Assembly: GCA_963693365.1 (NCBI GenBank)
Contig: CAVNZM010000010.1
Span: 5,829,794 to 5,893,793 of the forward strand
Reading direction: 5' to 3'
Length of the DNA stretch: 64,000 bases
Source of the DNA: Amoebidium appalachense
Lineage: Eukaryota > Protista > Ichthyosporea
The translations under genes and the position numbers were made by a program. The notes under the pieces were generated by a model. It searched no databases. It had not been told where the DNA came from and saw only the letters and a list, made by a program, of their open reading frames with translations. Of the stretch, positions 29,612 to 41,486 are shown one piece after another; the first letter of the stretch is position 1, and the number at the start of each line of letters is the position of its first letter.

Positions 29612-30866
29612 CGCACACATTTGTGCGTGTTGTATGTGTTTGTGTGCACTTATTTTATTTAGTCAACTTTGTATTCTTTTTCATTTTTTTTTTTTTTTCT
29701 TTGTGTGTGGGTGGGGAGGGGGGAGAGGGGGAGGGGGGGGTCAGGTTAGCGGCTTGGTAACGGCCTGTCACTATTGAACCCGATCATTCACTATCAACAG
29801 CACCAGAAAAGTTTTCATCCTTTGTTTTTAAACATACATATAAATATCCGACATATCTACAAGCTCTTTTCTTGGATTGATTTTCCTTCTTCAGGTAGAC
29901 TCTATTCTTTGGGGCCTCTTCATCAAATTACCGAATTTCCGAACTATCCACTGTTTTGTGACCCTCCATTTGGATGATGGAATTTTATAGCTATCCACTT
30001 TCAGACATAGTCAGCCCCCCCCCCCCCCCCCCCAAAAAAAAAAAAAAGATAAATAAATAAATAAATAAAAACAAAAACAACAACCAACCAACAACAACTT
30101 ATTAGCACCTAAGTCGAATCACGAAAAGGGTATAGCTGAAGGGGGGAGGTGTCACAGAAAATCTACACCGATATATAACCCCGAAAAAAAAGCAAAAAAA
30201 AAAAAGAAAACCAACAAACAAACGAACAAAAAAAAAACTGTGTGAAAGCTTTCCAATGCCCTCAGGGCACCGACAGGCCAGCCAATTGCAAAACGAAGAG
30301 AGTGGCATACATTTTTCATTACACAAGTTGCTATTGAAGAAAGCGAGCGGGCCGGGGAGTTGGGGGTTGGGGGGAAATAAGGGGGAAGGGGGGGAAGGGG
30401 GGAAGGGGGATGGTGAGGGAATAGGTGGGGGGGGGGGGGGGGGGGGGGGGGGAGGGGGGGGCAGGGGGAGGGTTGGGTTGTGTGTTAATGGGGAGAGGGG
30501 GGGAGCTCGGAGGGGGGGGGGAGGGGGAAGGGGGGGAGGGGAGGGGGGGGGTTGGACGGGCAGATAACCATTCTGCTTGCAAGTTTGTTGTCTGAGCTAG
30601 CAAAAGTAGACCTACAGACCTTACACAAACATGAACAATGACAAACCATAAAGACCAGAAACCTCCTAGTGGACCAGAAAACCTCCTAGTGACAAGGTGT
30701 CCTCAAAGTAATGCTCTTGAGGCAACACAGAAAAAAACGCATACATTACAGCTAAGCCATATTTCACTCACCCCATGGAATCCCAGCCAAGCACGATGAC
30801 GCCATTTTGCTCGTGGGTCGACCTGGTCACCCGATCGAAATCTTTAATCGTGGAAAAGGCAGTCAT
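24625..30866 (-). CDS. UPF0014-family membrane protein (FetB/YbbM, STAR2/ALS3-like ABC permease subunit), 8 exons
   Basis: Exons read MTAFST..GWDSM | ..[19 protein letters not shown] | [20 protein letters not shown] | IFRLNQPY.. | [25 protein letters not shown].. | [14 protein letters not shown] | [42 protein letters not shown] | IFIMFLI..*. RxxxQL, IPxxGMxxGN and [14 protein letters not shown] are the family signatures. Confidence 0.93.
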
Positions 30867-31872
30867 TATTTCGGATAATTCACTTTATTCATCCGAGTTT
30901 CTCAGTTGTTGAAGAAGAAAAAAGGTACAGGAGCTAATCAAAAGGACAGCTGTCACACCAGCAGCCTGGGCGGTGTGCAAGCAGAAAACTCGGGTCTGGC
31001 TCCTCGGAAGTAGAAGACCTCTGCACAATAGCCGAGACCTCACCAAATCCTACAGAATATACATAGCACCTACCCTATATATAATTGCAAATAGACTTCC
31101 CCAACCATGCACAACCACTAAGCAGTAGACCGCGCACTCACAGGCTTTGCTACGCCGGAAAAGTGCACGCAACTTGCGATTATACACATTTAAATTCTTC
31201 TGTTTTTTCTTTTTGCCCCACTACTGTTAATACGAGTCGAACGCATGCCCCCTGCTTGCATAAAGTTCACATCTCAAATGGTTCTTACAATTTTGACCCC
31301 ACGTACAAATACACAGTTTCCGGAGGCTCAGCGAACGGTCACGGCCTCACGGCACGGCGTTTGCATGCCCAAGACCGCGTTTGCGACATCAGGTGCATCC
31401 CAGAGTCAGCGTGTCAAGATCCGGTCATCTGATTGGCAAATAGATTGCATCAGATCTAAGCATCACTATTGGTTGGTAGAACAGAATTTGGCGGGAAAAA
31501 GTTGATACAACAACGACCTAGGCTTACATTTTCCCTTGCTACCTATTGCCGCTAAACGAAAGTTTCAATAAAAAAATAAAAAGTAGGAACATAGTAGACA
31601 TGGAGCAGGGCCAGGGGCAGTTTATAAACCCGCCTAAAACATTTATTAGAGTTCGTAAACCGATTGGGAAGATTCTCATTTCATTACTGACGCATCCTTC
31701 TTTTCAGAGTCTGTTGGCATGAGTTAACGTTGGCATGCGCGCCCAGATTGCTAAGTGTAGTAACTACCGGCACAATCTAATATTTGTGACTGAATTTGTT
31801 TTTTATATCTGGCGTAGAGTGTTTGTGTTTGTGAGACAACGAGAGAGAGCGAGAATGTGTGACTTGTGCGTG

Positions 31873-32396
31873 AGAGAGAGAGAGAGAGAGGCACTACATA
31901 TGGGGGCGCGGCACCCCGTGGATGTGACGTCACAGGTGTGACGTCACATCCACACGGTCCCGCAGCCCCCAAAGATATGGCATAGGTGGATATGAGGTGT
32001 GTGATATCTGTGTATATCGCGACATGGGATATGAGATATGGGTGGATATATGTACAGGAGCACGTGCACACACTGTGTGTGTGCAAAACACGTGCAGCGC
32101 ACGTGGTTTTAATTAAAAAATTAAATAGAGAGGGCGGAACACGTGTACGAGTACGTGTGCGCGTACATGTGGTGCGCACACGTACAGGTGCTGCGGATCC
32201 AAGGAATGCGAGAATTCTGAATTCCGGCGAAAACTGACCAATGGGAATTCGAATCCTGAATTCAATGGGAAACTGACCAATGGAAGTAGTCGCCCAATGG
32301 GAATTAAGAGGCGAAAAAGCAAATTTGCCGGAACACTGACCAATCAGAACGCGTAAGCCGAAATCTGTACATTCCATCCCGAAACTGACCAATAGG
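31873..32396 (+). promoter_or_regulatory. Dense cis-element cluster: (AG)n, paired palindromic CRE sites, E-boxes and five CCAAT boxes; possible left terminus/promoter of a Polinton-like element
   Basis: GATGTGACGTCACAGGTGTGACGTCACATC (31921-31950); several CACGTG (32061-32105); (A)CTGACCAAT or CCCAAT at ~32234, 32274, 32293, 32335 and 32385. Confidence 0.55.
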
Positions 32397-32703
32397 ACCG
32401 CGAATGGCTCATTGTTTTTGGTAAACAGAGGCGGCCGGCCGGCGGCGGCCAGACACACACGGTGACACGCACAGACTTGTTGTTTTTGCGTACTGCTTCG
32501 TGAGATTTGGAGAGATTTTTGCTTTTGAGATTTCACTGGGCTTTGAGATTTAATAGACACAGGCACAGAGACGTTATTTTGCATGCTGTTTTTTATTGAG
32601 GCATTGCTCTGGCACAGCCAGGCTAGCAACCATCGATTAGATTGATACTTGAGATTTATAAGATTACAGCCTGAGATCTAAGGTTACCATTCAAGATATT
32701 CAG

Positions 32704-34192
32704 CGAGAGCCAGGAAGAGTTTGAAGATGATCTGTTGCGGGCACTGGATGCCGACCCGCAGCAGGTCCTGCAGGCCCACCCCTTCCTGCAGGCCATGTTG
32801 GCCCCACCACCCCCACCCCCACCCCCTCCCCGGCCAGCCCCCCGCCCCCGCCCCCATCAATCACCCCGATGACCCCCAGATCATTGCCATGCCGGCCGAG
32901 GGCAACTGGCGACCGCGTTCCCGTGTAGATGACATGCAGGCACGGGGACTGGGTGTGCGTGGCCACACCCTCGAGTACCAACCCCTGCGCACCCTTGACG
33001 TGACTGAGTTCCCCCAGTTTTTTGCAGCCATGCTGTTCGATGCCATGGCCCGTGCAGATGTGCAGGCGGGGGACATGCTGATTGTGCGTATCATCAGCCT
33101 GCACGTGCAGGCCAACGGTGTGGACAACCAGATGGGGGATGATGGCAACCCCAACGCCGACGTGACCAACCGTCGTGTGTTTACTGCCGGCCCCATGGAG
33201 GTGTTCAATGGTGATGTCAACGCCGTGGTGCTCAAGCTGATGGAGAACATACGGCAACGCACCGAGAGTGCAGCCGAGACCTTCATGGACGGCAGATCCA
33301 CCGTGCATCTGACGGTGGCCCGACCCAAGGACATGGTGAGGAGGGGGGCCTGCGGGTCCCTGTCCACCACCACGGGGGTGAATGCACGGTGGCTGCAGGA
33401 TCTGGTGGAGGCCAAGGCCGTGGTGGATGTGACCGCCCTCGTGCAGGCTGCCTGCAGCACCGACGACCCACAGGTGACCGGGGAGAGGGCCCTCGACCAC
33501 CAGCAGCTGCACGGCTTTGCCTACGGCCCCAACTGTGCCCAGCTGTGCCTGTTGTACAGCATGGTGATGTGGGTGAAGAAGGCAGCCAATGGCAACGAGC
33601 AGGCCAGCCTGCCCACCGAGCACACACGCAAGGTGCTGGGCAAGGGGGGCAACCTCATGGATCGCAAGGACCACCACGTGCTGTGCCACCTGCTGACCCC
33701 GGAGGAGGTGTTGGGGGCCGGCAACACGACCCTGGGGGTGTCGAGATCTTCCGGCTGTGGGGTGTGCAACCTGCTACTCCCCCCCACAGATCCAAGGAGC
33801 CACCACCAAGACCGTTACCTGCGGAGATTGGTGAGGGCAACCCGAGTGCTGTGGACCAAGTACGACCTGCCTGTGCCTGCAGAGGACGGCCTGACGGTGG
33901 ATGAGCTGGGGGCAGCCGTGGATGCCCTCAACACAGCCATTGCCGAGCAGCCTGAGTCAATCACCCGCCTGCGGCTGGTGGTGGTGGACATGGACAGCGG
34001 GGCCAAAGTGCTACGCCGGTACGGGGACCTGAGCATGGCCCTGCCCGCCTCCAAGCTGTGCACCATGTACTTGGCCCACTCCCAGAAGCTGGGCCACTTC
34101 ACGGCCATCACCTCCAGTGTCAGCACGACCATCGAGCGCCTACGACACAGCAACCACACGGGGGAGGCACGACGGAACCTCAGCACCTGCTA
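32704..34192 (+). mobile_element. Truncated virus-like ORF, probably the terminal-protein plus vOTU cysteine protease N-terminus of a Polinton/adintovirus protein-primed PolB
   Basis: About 490 codons with strong G/C-ending codon bias and no microsatellite introns. Motif order NCAQLCLL ... P..GLTVDEL ... LRLVVVD ... MYLAHSQKLGHFTAI fits an OTU-like Cys...His protease core. It breaks off into host-like intronic sequence after RNLSTC. There is a probable frameshift in the C-run near 32840. Confidence 0.5.
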
Positions 34193-34443
34193 CTACCCTC
34201 TGTCCTCCATCCCACCCCCAACCCCACCCAGCTCTGAAGGAACAACAGTTGTAAACAGACTATGTACGCTGTCAGACTATCAGGGGATTAGGGGATTATG
34301 TTCTCTTTCTGCAACGATTTTCCACAGACCCCCCCCCCTCCCCTCCCCCTCCCCCCCCGGCCCCCCCACTCCCCTTCCTAAAATGCACACAGGCACACAT
34401 GCAAGTAAGCGCACGCACGCACACCCACAGCCGCACACACACG

Positions 34444-34484
<41 letters not shown>

Positions 34485-34547
34485 CCGGTTGTATCCCTCG
34501 CTTATAAAAATGTGATTCATGTTGTTCTGATAGAGTTTTGCCGGCAG

Positions 34548-34721
34548 GTGAAACAGCGGGCACAAGCATTTCTGGAACAGCTGTGGGAGCTAGCAGGTGC
34601 GTGTGCGTGTGTGTGTGTGTGTGTGTTTTTTTTTTGTGTGTGTGTGTGTGTGTGTGTGTGAGTGAGCGAGTGTGTGTGTGTGAGTGTGTGAGTGTGTGTG
34701 TGTGAGTGTGTGAGTGTGCGT

Positions 34722-34766
<45 letters not shown>

Positions 34767-35160
34767 TGTGTGTGGGTGTGTGTGAGTGTGTGTGGGTATG
34801 GGTGTGTGTGTGTACGTGGGTGGGTGGGTGGGTGCGTGGGTGGGGGTGGGTGTGTGTGTTGGGGGGGGGGGGGGGGGGGGGGGGAGGGTATGGGTGGGTG
34901 GGTGGGTGGGTGGGTGGGTGGGGGGAGGTGTGTGTGTGTGTGTGTGTGTATGTGGTGTGCGAAAAAAAAGGTGAGGGGGAGGGGAGTAAGGGGGTAGGAT
35001 AGCGATTTCTGACTCATGCTGTGAAAACAACACCACCAGGCCCCAGTATACGGCACATAGGGGTTGGCAGCCATTCAGGGTTCATACAGGCACTGCTTGC
35101 CCAGGTTGGGCATGTGGGCTACAGGCCTATGAATGCTGAGATGATCCCTGTGGTCTTAAG
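34548..35160 (+). pseudogene. Orphan 3' exons of a histidine phosphatase/phosphoglycerate-mutase-like gene (PMU1-like)
   Basis: Exons 34548-34596 and 35040-35160 splice in phase 1 to VKQRAQAFLEQLWELAG PSIRHIGVGSHSGFIQALLAQVGHVGYRPMNAEMIPVVLR (R..FL, SHSGFI, GH, IPVV). No convincing N-terminal RHG exon was found upstream. Confidence 0.7.
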
Positions 35161-35185
35161 GTGTGTGGGTGATTTGTGGGGTTTT

Positions 35186-35217
<32 letters not shown>

Positions 35218-35229
35218 GGTTTTGTTTTG

Positions 35230-35322
<93 letters not shown>

Positions 35323-35383
35323 GTGGGTTTTTTTTTTGGTGGTTGTTTTGATTTGGCTGTGGGTTTTGGTGGTTGGATTGGGT

Positions 35384-35417
<34 letters not shown>

Positions 35418-35609
35418 GCCCCTTGAAATTAGGTTCGTGTTGTATTGTTTTCGGTGTGGTGTTGTGGGATACGGGCCTATGAACTCAGAGATGGTCCCTG
35501 TGGTATTTAGGTACGTGGGTGGTGGTGTGTGGTTATTTAGGTTTTGGTGTTGGATTTCTCGTGGTTTTTTTTTTCTTTTTTTTTTTCCCTTTTTCTTTGT
35601 GTGTGTGCG

Positions 35610-35716
<107 letters not shown>

Positions 35717-36091
35717 TTATGGGTTGGATTATTTTTTATTTTTATTTTTTATTTTTTATTTTTGGCTTTTTTTGAATTTGGCATCGTGTGGTACTGTTTA
35801 TATTGGTCGGGCTTGTGGGATACGGGCCTATGAAGACGGATATGGTCCCTATGGTGTTAAGGCCCATGGTGTTTTTGGGTTCTAGATTTCTGTGTTTAAT
35901 TGGGTGGGTATAAATGTGTATAGTAGTAGGTGTTTTTAAGTATGTAAGTGGGTTTGTATAGATGTGTAAGTGTGTGTGTCTGTGTGGGGGGGGGATGTGT
36001 GTATGTGTGGGGGGAAGGGGGGTGAGGGTGGAGGGGGGTTGATGTTTAAATGCGGGGGGGGGGGGGGGGAGGAATGTAAAGTTGTTGTATA

Positions 36092-36247
36092 AGTGGGTGT
36101 GTATAAATATATCAAATGAGAGACAAAAAGACACCAGTTGGTAAGTATAAATCTGGACGTGGATGTGGCTAGTGGGTGTGTATAAATATATCAAATGAGA
36201 GGCAAAAAGACACCAGTTGGTAAGTATAAATCTGGACGTGGATGTGG
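36092..36247. repeat. 79-bp tandem duplication
   Basis: AGTGGGTGTGTATAAATATATCAAATGAGAG(A/G)CAAAAAGACACCAGTTGGTAAGTATAAATCTGGACGTGGATGTGG at 36092 and 36171. Confidence 0.9.
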
Positions 36248-39200
36248 ATAAATGCATGAGTGATTTGTGTAAGTATACACTCATGTGGGAACAATGTCTA
36301 AGTGGGTGTGTACAAATGTATGAATGGGTGCCTCCATATGTGTCAGGTAGAAATGTAAAAATGGGGGTATGTATAAATGTTTAAGTGGATTGGTGTATGT
36401 CTATGTGGTGTGAATAAATATGTAATGGATGTGTATGAATAACGGATGTGTAGAAGTCCATTTGTGGGTGGGTATATGTGCAAAATGGATGCCTATAAAT
36501 TTGTAACTTGGTGCGTGTAAATTCATAAGGGGGTGGGTATAAATGTATAGTGGATATGTATAAAAATGTATAAGTGGGTGCGTATAAATGTCTAAGTGGC
36601 CACGTTTTCATGCATGAGCGTGTTCGTATAAATGTTTGGCTGGTATAAATGTTAAATTATGTAGTGGATGCTGACCGTGTTACTACAGGGCACAGGTAGG
36701 AGAGGAAAAGGCAGGGAGCACAAATCTGCACATCTATGTCGCACTGGTGTGAAGCCCCCCCTCCCCCCCCCCCTCCCCCCCCCCTCCCCCCCCCCCCCTC
36801 TTTCCTTCTCTTCCTCTTATAGCTTTTCTCTTGGTCCACTGCCCTGCCTTCTTCCCCTCCCCGCGCTTTCGCCCCTCATATGTTATTCCCCCCCCCCTTC
36901 CCATGGACAGGGGAAGGGGCGGTCTGAGGTCAGGAGGGAGAGAGAGAGTGTGTGTGTGTGAGGGCAAGTGAGACTGAGAGTGTGAAACCCGAACATGCAT
37001 ACGGAGACGAGAGAGGGGGGAAGGAGTCGGGGAGGTGGGAGAGAGTGGGGAGGGGGGAGGGAGGGAAGGGGACATCTAGGGGCGCCAAAAGCAAACAGAG
37101 GCACATACCACAAACGGATGCACGTACACACGAATAGCAATTTCATCTCCCTGATCGCTCCTTCCCCCCCCTTCCCCCTCCCCGCCCCCCTCTCTCATCC
37201 CCTCCACCAACCACCACCATCACTCCCAACATGTACACATACACACGCATACAATTACTGGCACACCTTTGGGTGCGTGCGCAGACACACGTGCACACAC
37301 GCATACACGAAAACACGTTTTATTGTTATTATTATTTTACTTATTTTATTAGTTCTGATTGGCCACTTTACTTACACGGTCGTTTTAACTTCTAACAGGC
37401 CATCGTGATTGGTGGGTTTGGCGTGGGTGTGCTGGGTCTGCTCGTGTGGAGGAAGATGGGCAGGCGCAAGAGACAGGAACAGACACAAAGCAACATGTGG
37501 CTTCCGGTGGAGGACGAGGAGGATGAAAACATGTAGGGACGGTGTTTTTGGTTTAGTTTGCCGTATCTCCGTGTATGAAATAATGCAGGGAACATCCAAT
37601 ACGTGGTGTTTTTGGTTGAGTTTTCCGAATCTCCTGGATTTATCGGCGTTTAGGAGAGTGAAACATGTAGGGAGTATCAAAAAAAAACTGTGTTTTTGGT
37701 TTGGTTTTACGAGTTTCCCATGTCAGAGGGGGGGGAAACAATTCGATAATAGAGAAACCCGGGCGTTTTGGGGTTCTTTTTCTGAGTTTTCCCCAACTCG
37801 AGGCACAAACTCAGGCTAACGCGTGGTTGCCTGTACATGTGGAGGACGAGGAGGAGGATGAAAACATGTAGGGAACATCGTGGTGACGTCATGCGTGACA
37901 AATGTTTCCGGCCCGGCTGTGCTGACTTGGCTGACGTAAGCTTAATTAAGACAGCAGAGTCGTAGAAGAGCAAAATAGATGACGAGGACGTTTTTTGACC
38001 TATACCCTTTAACCCTATTTTCCCTTATGCTAGCCATTGAAGTTTTTCAGTAGCTTGTGGAGCTTAGACAGACGAGCGAAGCGCTTTACAGCCCAAGGGG
38101 ACCCATTCGCCTGCGTGCTGTGACGTCATACTTGGCGTAAGAGTCCAGTGGTGTGTGTCTGGAAGTCTATGGTCGAATATTTCATGGTTCCTTTGATGAT
38201 CAGAGTACCTCGTCCCATTACCTCCACACATGCCTAGTCGAGCATGAGCTCTTTGTCGTAAGTAGCACTTGCAGCAACCCAAAGTAACTAATTTTGCACT
38301 TCTTTTCGGGTTCGACAAGAGTTTTTTCCGGACATGGTGTACAAAACAAAATAATCAGTACTGAAGCTATGGCAGCTCGTGATCAAATAGATGCTGTTTG
38401 GCCTAGTCTATTTCGCCCGTTGACTCTTAATGAGTCCTGAAATAACAGGGCTGGCTGACAAAGAGCTTGTCGAGACCTTGATCGAGACAGTTGTTAACGA
38501 GCATGCTGTTCAAGTTTGTCCTGATGACTAAGTCAAGCTGAAGCTTCGATTCCATGAAAGCGATGCGGATAGTACACACACACATGCACAAACACTTACC
38601 CCTGCCATTCACTTGCTAACAAACATCAACCATACTCTTGCTGTCCCCTCTCTCTTGTTCAACACGTGCTTACTCTTAAGAGATTCGACCACCCTTTTCC
38701 TTTTGCCTCTTACTATCCCCCCGATTCCGTGCTTGCTTACTTGATACCCCCTCATTCATGCTCAACCACACACACACATGCATGAATTTGCTTTTTCTCC
38801 CCTCCCTCCCCTATCACCCCCCATGACTTTTTTATCTCCCTTCTCTCCTCGGAACCACAACTATTTCGTACTCTGGCTCACCTCACACACACGCTTTCAC
38901 ACACTTTCTCTCTACTTTCGAACCACCCACCAACCCACTCGCCGTCCCTTCTCGTATATCTCCTATTTGCGCACTATCTACAGAAGTGAGCTATCGAGAG
39001 ATTCACATTCGTTTTTAGATTCTATTATTATATATCTTTTGTATTATATTTGCCCAACAATCTCTGTTCCTCGTTCCCTATAGTTGTTGAAAACCTTTGT
39101 GACACGTCCTTAATATGACCTATGAATGCTAAGGCTTAATGCCAGTTTTTGCAAATGATTGACAACACTGTCATTTTTTGGTATAAAGCTGATAGACCCA

Positions 39201-39864
39201 CACAGGAATCCAACTAAGCGCGGGGCATGGCTTCTGTGCTTCTGTGATGAGCCATGCTTATCATTGCACAGTATAGCTAGCTTTAAGATGTCTAGTGTGT
39301 ATGAACACATCAGGACATCTTGGCACCCTGGCACCCGGAATGGATAGCGAGGGGGTAGAAGAGAGGAGTAGAACGGGCAGAAATCAAATCAACTGCCGCC
39401 GAGCTGCAGCGGCGAGACCCTAAGACGGCATCACCAGGGCCACGATCTCTTGGGAAGGCTTCTGCGTCTGCATGGCATTTAAGTGCGTAGTCAACTTGAG
39501 AGAAAGGTCATTCCAGCCTTATGTATTGATGTGGTCGTCAGCAAGGGTGAAGTGTCGATAGTGTAGGTCATTCGATAGAGCAGCTTACGGCTCCGACTAA
39601 AAATTCAAAACAAACGGTGTCCCTTGCTTCACTCAAATAAACGTCTAGCTATTGCCACCTGGGCCCTGCAAGCGCTTTCACTGACCTTCACTCATATCCA
39701 CTTTGCATGTCTTACAACTGGACTTGTACATCATCAACCTATGCCACAATCTCATAAACAACCTTCAAAAAATCAGTTTCCTAACAGCGAACAAATATAT
39801 CTAAAACGAGTTTGCTGCATGCCCAGGCTCAAAGACGCCGGAAGTAACTCAACCATAACAACTT

Positions 39865-40422
39865 TGTCGTATCCTAATGTATGTGTACTAGAGACGCGGC
39901 ACTCTACTAAGTGTACACACACGAAAAGGAACGAACGTGTACGGAAAAACGGTAAAGTTTATTCAGACCAGGCTCCGACGGGCAAACTTAGATCCGTACG
40001 GAATGAGTCTAAGTTACGACTCAGGCCATCAAGGCCGTGCCCTCAAAGATCATCATCACCTGGCCCCCCTACGATGCCACATTCCAAACATTCCGATCTA
40101 CTTTTATCGTGTGCCTGCACGAGCTAAGTCGATCTACTCAACTAATATATTTATCCATGTCTCACCCCTCACCCTCCCCCTAGTGGCACCGCAGAGTCTA
40201 AATCTACATTTCATACTATCCTCCCCCCCCCCTCCCTCCCCCCCTTTCCTCTACATCTAAATATATAAATATGTTTGGCAACATACACTATCAAACCTTG
40301 CCAATACTTACAAAAGGGCTTCTGCCCGAACAATCACATTCCTAAGTCCTCCTACGATCTATCCTACACACTAATTAGAATTCTATTGGACGGCTGTCCC
40401 GGCTGACGTGGTCCAATGCCCT
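39865..40422 (-). repeat. Gypsy 3' LTR, left segment
   Basis: Nearly identical to 52476-53032. Confidence 0.95.
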
Positions 40423-40618
40423 TGCCGGAGGCAAGACCATTTCTTGCTACCGTCGTGGCTCCCCGAGACTCATGGACATGAAATCAGAGGCAAGTACGGA
40501 AGTTTATTATTTTGAAAATAAAATAAATACTCTAAAAGAATATTATGAATAACTGTTGATGGACATCTAACGAACCATGAAAACTATGGTGTGTGTACGT
40601 GCATGTAAGTGCACGTAC

Positions 40619-40692
<74 letters not shown>

Positions 40693-41392
40693 CTACCCTA
40701 AAGAAGGAAACAGTGTCCCTAACGCGCAATGGCCAAGGACACCCCTTCATCTATCCCCACAACAGGGCTGGGAGGGCGGGGAAATCAACAGAAAAAAGGA
40801 CAGCTAGCTAAGGCAACTAGTTTGTGCGCTTTTACACTAGCACCACCAAACTTAGTTCAACCAACTAACTCTACAAATCCCTTTTACCTCTGATGCCAGA
40901 CACTCACACAAACGCTAAAACGGAAACCAAAGACTGAAATCCAAACGACATGTACTCCTTTTTATACCCGTTCCCACGATGCATTTGGAATTTGAAGCCA
41001 GACTGAAGAAACCAATCAAATGCTTTAAAATCTGAGCAAATCAGAACATGCAATCAAAACCGAACCACATTAACTATATATGGAAACCAGCAATCCAACA
41101 CAACTAATGCATGACAAATAACCAATCACCTCACCGCAATGCCACTCGGTGGATCTTCGTCTCTCACCGCTGCCTCCTCCCGCTTGAAAACCACATGCCG
41201 GAGGCAAGACCATTTCTTGCTACCGTCGTGGCTCCCCGAGACTCATGGACATGAAATCAGAGGCAAGTACGGAAGTTTATTATTTTGAAAATAAAATAAA
41301 TACTCTAAAAGAATATTATGAATAACTGTTGATGGACATCTAACGAACCATGAAAACTATGGTGTGTGTAGGTGCATGTAAATGCACGTACG

Positions 41393-41486
<94 letters not shown>

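Noticed and set aside
30653-30691. 20-bp tandem duplication GACCAGAAAACCTCCTAGTG
   Set aside because: Simple intronic duplication with no further structure.
31245-31505. RHG tripeptide as the missing histidine-phosphatase N-terminus
   Set aside because: The context (TASRHGVCMP) lacks the preceding hydrophobic strand and the following N, and no supporting splice path was found.
32700-33689. 329-aa minus-strand ORF
   Set aside because: Antisense shadow of the GC3-biased plus-strand ORF.
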